Below are positions 55,945-64,000 of a stretch of DNA of 64,000 bases, piece after piece; position 1 is the stretch's first letter, and every line of letters starts with the position of its first letter. The notes beneath the pieces are model-generated. The model was not told the DNA's origin, did no database searches, and saw only the letters and a list, made by a program, of their open reading frames with translations. Location: the NCBI RefSeq assembly GCF_009914755.1, contig NC_060935.1, one strand, 5' to 3'. The position numbers and the translations under genes are program-made. Source of the stretch: the human T2T-CHM13v2.0 reference genome, Homo sapiens.

Positions 55945-58534
55945 CAACAGGAAGACTCTGAGCAGGGCAGGAGGAACCCACAAGGCTGGAGATGCACCCA
56001 GGACTGCTGGCAGGGCTTGCTGTCACCACGCCAGTAGGTATCTGGTAAAGTCTGAGTCTCCAGAGCCCAGAATGCCTTTCCAGAGCCCCCGAGCTGCTGC
56101 CCCAGCCTCTTGCTTCCCTGCTGCTGCCTGCACTGAGCCTCTTCCCTGCTCCACCAATGCGCCACACCGGGGCCAGCATCAGTCTCCAGCTCTGGACGCA
56201 GCAGAGTGCCTGGGGCTTCAGAGGTGCTCACTGAAATCTGCTGCATGTCAGATGCCAGCAGCAGCAGAACCACCAGAATTCATGAGCACCACCATGGCTC
56301 CCCAGGGCGATGCCAACACTCCCACACATCCTTCCCAGCTGGTCCACATGACCCTGTGATGGGGGCGCAGCCCCTGCCAGGGCGAAGTGAGGAACCAGGC
56401 ATTGACAGAGTGGTGCCTCCCGTCCAGGCATGTGGCTAGCAGCCCAGGGCACAACGCGTGCTGAGTCTGTCTTGGGAATCCCAGCCCAGCACTCGCTCCT
56501 CTCGGTGGCCCTCCCCTGCCCTCTCTGACCTCAGGACGTTTCTCAGGGATGGCCTTGAGTAGCTTCAATCACCCTAAATGCTCAAACACACACAGACCCA
56601 CTCTCTTCCCCCTCAGGACTGGCTGACCCCCAGGCAGGCAGCCCAGCATGCCTGCTGCCCCTCGCCAGCTGTGTAGCCAGGATGAGGAGCCTGGTCCGCC
56701 ACCTGCACCAGGGCAAGATCCACCAGTCAGTGCCAAAAAACTCTCCCCAAGAGCGCCAAGGGTGAGCAGGGTACCTGAGGCTGATCACAACAGATCCCGG
56801 CCCCTCCCTAGGAGTCCCCAGCGGCAGGGTGAACACGGGGCCAAGAATCTGCATTTCTGACAATCCCACGGGACGTTGATACTGCTGGCCTGGGTCCCCC
56901 TCCTGATCTCAATGGACATTCAGCCAGCTTGAAGATTTGCTAGGAGACCACCCCAAGCCAGGCACAGGTCTTGGGACAGGGACCACAGCAGGAGGCCACA
57001 CAATGTCTGCAGGGCTGTGGACAGCATGTGAGCTGCGGGTCGGGTGGTAGTGCCGCTGGGAAGGAGGAGAGTGGTCCGAGGTGCAGCCCCAGCTGGTTCA
57101 ACCTTCACAGCATCCCGAGCAGCAGGCCTCAGAGCCCTGTTTCATCGTCTGGAAGGGGGGACATGCTATACACCCACCGTTCTAGTCCCGATAGTTAAGC
57201 AGTTGGAGCTCAGAATTCAGATCTGTGGCACCAAAGCCTGTGCTCTGTAGACCTCATCTAAACACCCCCAGAGCTGGGGGCTGCAGCAAGACCACCATGG
57301 ATTGCAAACTCCTGGGGCAGCACGTGGCGGCCACTCTTTGGATACTTGTGAAAGAGGAGTAGGAGGGCAGCCAAGAGCCTTGGCTGATGCGGCTTGGAGG
57401 GGGAAGCCCCGCCGGCAGGCTGCTGCTCCAGGGCTCATCCTTAAGGTTAAGCGGGGTGTCTGGCAAGCAGGTGTTTCAGCAGGAGCTGTAACGCGGCCTT
57501 TCCTGACGTCTGAGGCAGTGGGGGCTTCCCCAGCCAAGCGCCATGGCTGCACTGACCGAAAAGTGTCCCCACGGAGGCCAGGGAGCAGGGCAGGTGCCCG
57601 GGGCCCTCTGTGGTGTGAAAGAATTCACAACCACACTCCTCAGCGTCCTTGCTCGAGCAGGAGGGCCCAACTGTAAAAGTGGCCCCTGTGGGAGGCTCCT
57701 GCTGTGGGATCAGATCCCTGCAAGGGCACAGGTGCCAGAGAGCGCACCTGGGTGACGCCACAGCAGCCAGAGGTGAGGGTGGCATGCACTCTGCTCCTCC
57801 GTGGTGGAGCTACATCCACCGTGGTGTACAGGCAACAACCCACCTCACATCCGCCGCTGCATGGACCCTCATCAAAGGGACCCTCCTGCCCACTTTAAAG
57901 ATAGGGAATCTGAGGCTCAGAGGACAAGCACGAGGCAGAGCCAGGAGTGGAACCCAGCCCTTCAGAGGCTGGACCAGGTGCTGGGTTGTTTGCGGTCTAC
58001 ACCAGAGCTGGCTCCTGAAGGGCCGCAGTGAGGCCACAGCCGGGCAGCCACCACCTGGTGCCTGTTGCAGGTACCGAGGGTGAAGACAGAGGACTCCCCC
58101 GAACTGCCCTGGTGTGGGGTACTCCCAGGAGGCTTCCTGGAGGAGGGGAGCATGAGCAGGTCTGCCATCTAGGCAGGTCCACTGCTGGAACCCACAATCC
58201 CCAAGTCTCGATTCTCAGATGCATTTCTCTGTCACGTCCAATCTGATGCCCACTGAGTGGTGATTTGAGCTCTGTCCACCGGTGCCTCTAGTCTTCAGGG
58301 CTGGGAATCCTGCTCAGGAGAGACCCTGGGCCAGAACTGGGACTAATATACATTTGTTGTCTTAAGCTGCTAAGATCTGGGGCAATTTGTTGTGTAGCAA
58401 TACATCCCATAGCCAAGATGGACCGGTGTGGGATACCAACAGTCTCTCTACCATATCTGCTCTTAACCCTGCAGTCTGAAAACAAAAGACGGTGGCAGCA
58501 GCACAGCCAGAGGGGCCTGTGGAGCTGTGCCTTT

Positions 58535-58599
58535 GCAGGAGGCATGGCGGTGCAGAGCAGGGCAGGAGGCACAGCGGTGCAGAGCAGGGCAGGAAGCAC
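58535..58599. repeat. 27-bp tandem repeat (2.4 copies)
   Basis: GCAGGAGGCA(TG/CA)GCGGTGCAGAGCAGG. Confidence 0.93.
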
Positions 58600-58843
58600 T
58601 GACTGTCAGCCCCTCATCGCCAGCCAGCCTGGACCGGGGCATCTGCCTCAGCTGGAGCTGCAGCTTCCAGCAGGACCAGGGCTTCCCAGGCTGCTCACTG
58701 GCCTCCCTGATGATGGGCTCAGGCCCAAAAATGGCTGAGGAGACCCAGACCAAGCACTGCAAGGTGAAGCAGCAGGCCTGGCTGCATGAGGGCCTGCTGG
58801 GCAGAGCCCTGACCTCACAGGCAACCCTAAGTGCACTCCAGCA

Positions 58844-59008
58844 CAGTGCTCCTTGGCTCACTACTCCTTAGTGCAGTACTTCTTGGCTCAGTACTCCTTG
58901 GCACAGTACTCCTTGGCTCAGTACTCCTTGGCACAGTACTCCTTGGTGCAGTACTGTTTGGCACAGTACTTTTTGGCTCAGTACTCCTTGGCTCAGTGCT
59001 TCTGGCCC
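58844..59008. repeat. 15-bp minisatellite, ~11 copies
   Basis: Consensus CAGTACTCCTTGGC(T/A). Confidence 0.97.
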
Positions 59009-59894
59009 AGCACCAGGTGAGGACCTGGTGCTCCCTGGAACAGTAAGTGCCTCTAGCATGGTGCTCCCTGTATTGATGGTCCTGGTCTGATGTTCCTTAG
59101 CCCAATGCTCCCTGCCTGGTGCTCTTTGCACAGTGCTTCCTGGTCTGCTGCTCCCCACAGGGGTTCCCCACCTTGCCACTGTCCTCCAGGTCCACTTATG
59201 GGTTTTGTAGGTCTCACTGCCCAGTCTCCCCATTCACTTGGCAGCCCCCAGCCCTGGCTGGAGGAGGGAGAAGTTTCCATCTCACAGAAAAATCAAGGAA
59301 AAGCGCTGAGGGGGAAAACAAGCTGGTGGTCTGCAACCAGTCCCTTGATATGATGCACCTGAACTTTGCATCAGCTTCCCTGGGAGGCCGCTTCACCCTC
59401 TTTCAGGGTCGAATCAGCCTCCTGCGAAAGGGAAAACGAAAATCTCCAGCTGGGCCTGTCAGCCAGCGGTTGGCTCGTGCTCAGCCTGGGCATGGGTGCC
59501 AGCTGGTGAGACAAAACCTGCACACGAGGCCTCTGAGTGGCCGCTTTGTCCTTCCAAGGAGAGCCACCTGCTGCATTCAGGTCAATTGCAGGCCTCCGAA
59601 AACATGACCTCGAGAACTTGTGTTTTCCTCACTTTCTCCAACCACGCAGCAGGGGCGAGCCTGCTTCCCGAGCGCAGCCACATTCTCAGACGAGATGAGA
59701 AGTGAGAAGAAACACAGCAAGCATGAAAACACACTCCCCACACTCCAGGCCGTCCATGTTTCCAATCCTCTGCCCAAACAAACAAAAATTCCTACAATTC
59801 CAGAGACGTCATGCAGTCTCTAACACCTGCACCAGCACAAAACTCTCTGCCTGACATTGGTTTTGAAAAACATACACTCAGCACAACTTAGACG

Positions 59895-59914
59895 CAGCCA
59901 TTTGGGGGCGCTGC
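59895..59914 (+). promoter_or_regulatory. Candidate CTCF site
   Basis: CAGCCATTTGGGGGCGCTGC against core GCCACCAGGGGGCGC; CpG intact. Confidence 0.4.
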
Positions 59915-61487
59915 TTTTCTGCTGCTCTGAGATGGAAGACCTCTGATCTGGGGACACCTGGCAGGGGCCTGAACTTTCAGGACAATGGGGCACAGCTTCC
60001 CAGAGGTCAGTTTCCTTCAACTCTTCTTTTAGAGGAAGAATTGGATAATTTAATCGGTAAGTAATTTAAGACATTTAACCATAAAACCAACAGGTCTACT
60101 GTGGAGAGGAGTATCAACCTGCACACATTTTAAAGAGAGGACGAGAGATCTGAAAGACACGTCTAGGCTGTAGCAGCTGCTTTGTGCTCTCTACTCTCAG
60201 ATCCCATGGAGGGGAGCAAGGCCTCCTGCTCCACCATTTGTGTCCTGACCCCATAGGGCAGCTCATGGAACAGCAGGAGCTGTGTCCCTAGTGTGAGTGT
60301 GGGTCCTAGAATGGCCCAGCACTACCAAGCTGGGTACAGAATTCAGGCCTCTTGGTTCCTGGTTCTCTGTCCTGTACCCTGCACTACCCTGCTGGCCTCA
60401 TTAGGGATGGCTTTGCAGAGCTTCCCATCCCCCCTGAGTTTGCTGCTTCACCTGAGGGAGATCCAGCTTTTTCTAGTAGGCTGAGCCCCATTCTGCAACC
60501 ATCAGCTTGTAAGAGAGGAAAGCTGCTTGCCCCAGAGCTCTGGCCTTCACTGGCCTCATTTGGCCAGCTCTATCCCAACCCTACCAGAGGGGCCCAGCTA
60601 GACTCGGGGGTGGGGCTGGGATGAGAGTGTGGCATTGCAAGGAGGCCCAGGGCCCCAGGCGAGCAGGACACTCTCCCCAGAAGCAGTAAAGACAGGCACA
60701 AATGAAGGAGGATGAGAGGAGTCTATGAGGAGACCCAGGGAATCAAGAGAGGAGGGAGGTTGGAGCCTGGTGGGGAGAGCCAGGCCTCGCAGGCACCAAA
60801 TGATCCACTCTGACTGAACCTTCCAGTTACCAGGGCTATCTGTGGCATAGATGACCATTGGGATTACAAGGAGTCTGGGCCACTTCCCTGCCCTTTTGCA
60901 GGGCCAGCGAGAGAGCAGAGGGAGTGGGTGTGCATGTGCTGAGCCCTCCACTCATGTCTACGCATCTGCTCCTCCAACACCCTGGGAGTTGGTGTTGTCA
61001 GCCCATGTGGCTGAAGAAGAAACAGGCCCTGGAGGGTGAAGTGATTTGCATTACAGCTTGTCCATACTGAGTGAAGCTGGAATTCACACGCAGGCTACCT
61101 AACAAATAGCAAGCATCCTTTCAATCCCCAGCCTCTGGGCCACACTGGCAAGAAGGACAATGGGGATTGTTGCTACCAGCATACCTGCCTCATTGCCATA
61201 GTCTCTTACCACCATCTTCATTCCTTGACCATGATGGAAAAGTCTATTCTCAACCTCCTTTGGAGAATGGATTTTTACACCAAAAGCACTTGGAGCGTTA
61301 GCAACTACTGACCTCTTCTGGACTGAGAAGGCAGACCCAGAAGACGGATACCACGACATAGTCAGTCCCCTATGCCAAAGGCAAATTTCAGATGTGATGC
61401 CTTAGTTCCTTGAAAACAGGAAATATTTCTTCTATTTCTCCTGAAACTCTGCCTGGAGGCCTAGTAGAAATCTAGGCACAGAGTAGA

Positions 61488-61957
61488 TGTATCAATCCCG
61501 CCACTTGGTGGCTTAAAAGAACAATTATTTATCAGGTAATGATTCTGTGGCCCAGTGACTTGGGCTGGGCCTCGCTGGTTCCTCTGCTTATTTTGGTTGG
61601 GCTTATTCATTCATCTGTGGGCAGCTGGTGGTCAGGTAGTTTCATACCTGCATTTGGCAGTTGGCTGCTGATTAGCTGAGAGTCAGATATAGTTACTGGG
61701 GGTTACTGGGCCATATGTCTTTTGTGCATCCGCCAGTTTGCATGGTGGTGGCTGCAGGATTTCCAAGAACAGCAAGAGAGGAATCCCAATGCACAGTTAC
61801 TTTTTACCCCTTAGTCCATGGAACATTGCATCATGTTTGCTAATGTCCCATTGACTAAAGCTAGTCACATGACCAACCCATATTCTAGGGATGAAGAAGT
61901 AGTTTCCAGTTCCTGATGGAAGGGGAAGAATTTGTAGCCCTTTTCGCAGTCGCCACA
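61488..61957 (-). mobile_element. MLT1 LTR
   Basis: GTGGCTTAAAAGAACAATTATTT, TTTGCTAATGTCCCATTGACTAAAGCTAGTCACATGACCAACCC, ends GCCACA. Confidence 0.78.
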
Positions 61958-63099
61958 GTTGGTGGTCACAGACGTTTCCTAGGACATTGTTGCCTCATTC
62001 TCTCTCCCCTCTTACCACCTGATACATAATTTCTGCTGTGGCCATAATAGCCTTAAAATGCAGTGGTTTTATTTCTAGGCTTTCTCCTCCTTATGCAGCA
62101 GCTAAGCTCCCCCAGGCAGGAATTACAGCAGGTATGTCTGTTTCCCCAGCTCCTAGCATAGGGTCCGGTGAATGCTTACTCAGTGAATGTTTATTAAACA
62201 AGTCATTGAATTGTTGAATTGAATATAAAGTGAAAATGGCTTCAGGTGAGCAATGTGTTAATTAGACCCAGGAACTGAAACTCCAGATGGGCAGAATGCA
62301 AATTAGAAGAACTTTTTAGAAGCACTGTATTACCACAAGTTCAGCGTGATTTGATTCCCCTCAAGTATTCTAGGACATCTGCACTAGTGCTAGCCCACCA
62401 GAACTTCCTGTGGATCACAAGTGGGTGAGGTTCTTAGCCTCTCTCGGATATTTGCCCTCTCAGGAAGCTGGTGGGAATGATGGAGTATCTCCCTGGGAAA
62501 TGCATACCTGCACTATATCACTGGGGCTCAGTCTCAGAGAACAGGATGCACTGCAGCTAGTTTAGCAAGAAGGAATTAGTTTCAGGTTACGGGGGGCAAA
62601 TAGAATCATTGGAGAGGCTGAAGAAATGGTTGTGGAACTGAATATTCAGGAACGACTTTGAAAACAAAACCGAGCTAGCAAAGGAGCTGCTTCCTCTTTG
62701 CCAACAGGAAGCCACCTGCTCAACTGGGAAGCTGTAGCTCCTCCTCCAGCTCCAGAATCAGGCCACCATCAGAGTCAGGAGATGGCCACTGTAGACGCCA
62801 CCCAGATAGGGAAGCTGCTGGAGGAAGGGTCAACACCTCTGTGCGGGGGCTTGCCTGCAGGAATGCCAAACAGTGCTGGCAGAGCCTTTGTCCTGCAGGA
62901 GCGTTCAATTAGATACAGGTGCTTCCATTAGGAGCTTGCTGCAAGGGATTCTGGGAAATGCAGAACAGGGAGACACTGGGTAGGTTAGGATAGAGGGGAA
63001 GCCCTCTGATCTCCACCCTCGCTCACCCACAATTTCCCAATCTCAGCCCCCCACTATCCACTACAGTACATGGTAGTACCATCATGAACCCCAAGTTAA

Positions 63100-63625
63100 C
63101 AACTTTATTTTAGTTTTAGATATGTGGCAGAAAAATAATTTTTTCAAATACTTATGTATTCCTAATGAGAACATTTAAAATCTACTCTCTTAGCAATTTT
63201 CAAGTATATAAGACATTGTTATTAACTATAGTCATCGTGTTGTACAGTAGATCTCTTGAACTCATTCCTCCTAACTGAAAGTGTCCTTTGACCAACGTCT
63301 CCTCAATCCTCCTCCCCTACCCTAGCCCCTGATAACTACCATTTTACTCTCTATTTCAATGAGTTTGACATTTTTAGATATCACATCCAGTATTTGGCTT
63401 TCTGGGCCCAGTTTATTTCACTGAATATAGTGTCATTCGAGTTCATTCATATCATTGCAAATGACAAGACTTCTTTCTTTTTTAGGGCTGAATAGTATTC
63501 TATTGTTTATATCTATACCACATTTTCTTTATCCATTCATCTGTTGATTGACACTGAGGTTGATTTCATAATTTGGCTATTGTGAACAATGAAGCAATCA
63601 GTGTGGGAGTGCAGAAGTCTCTTTG
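63100..63625 (-). mobile_element. L1MA-type 3' end fragment
   Basis: GAGAACATTTAAAATCTACTCTCTTAGCAATTTTCAAGTATA...GGCTGAATAGTATTCTATTG...CCACATTTTCTTTATCCATTCATC. Confidence 0.88.
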
Positions 63626-64000
63626 CCAAGTCGACAACTTCATTAATTCTTATGAGTTAAAAATCAATTTGGAATATTTTCTTAGAGAAAAACAGGCAGT
63701 ACAGTGAGAATATGATCATTTGTTCTGAATTACAGAACTTGGTAGTGCATTAAGGAGAATGGAGTCAGGATTATGATTTTTGTTTGTTTGAGAAACAAAC
63801 AAAACAAGTTCCAGTTACTTATCTTTCCATAGAGTCCCCTCTGTAGATGCCCGGGCTCCTGTTCACAGCCTTGGTGGAGGACATGGCATACGATGTGAAT
63901 TATAGCAGATGCCAGCTTTTGTCCAAATTTGCCCAGAAGGAGAAAGGCAGGAGGAAGAGAGAGAATGAGAGCCCACTTTCAGACAAGTGCCAGTGATACT

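Noticed and set aside
58844-59008. Regular short repeats as a CRISPR array
   Set aside because: Head-to-tail minisatellite with no unique spacers

Overview
Primate (human-like) genomic DNA. This is shown by numerous Alu SINEs, a young L1PA 3' end, primate-lineage LTRs (MST, MLT2A, ERV1) and old mammalian L2/MIR/L3/MLT1 fragments. I cannot support any protein-coding exon, tRNA, rRNA or CRISPR array: the longer ORFs come from Alu, L1, simple repeats or chance GC-rich frames. The window reads as intergenic or deep-intronic, and I cannot name the locus. I see no evidence of a new multi-gene system. The structures that ordinary repeat annotation does not explain are local rearrangements and motif arrays: (1) a ~340-390 bp inverted duplication (8391-8731 / 10417-10808) with a perfect 12-bp fold-back hairpin at its outer breakpoint; (2) a 60-nt hairpin at an L1PA insertion site, one arm of which recurs 1.7 kb away; (3) an array of CCAAT/E-box units at ~30-32 bp spacing with two AP-1 sites inside an old LTR; (4) a ~150 bp dispersed direct duplication of an old MLT1 fragment; (5) several nested transposon insertions with intact TSDs, including an MLT2A LTR carrying a DUX4-type motif. 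Subfamily names are from recall of consensus sequences, boundaries of old elements are approximate, and identities were estimated by eye.
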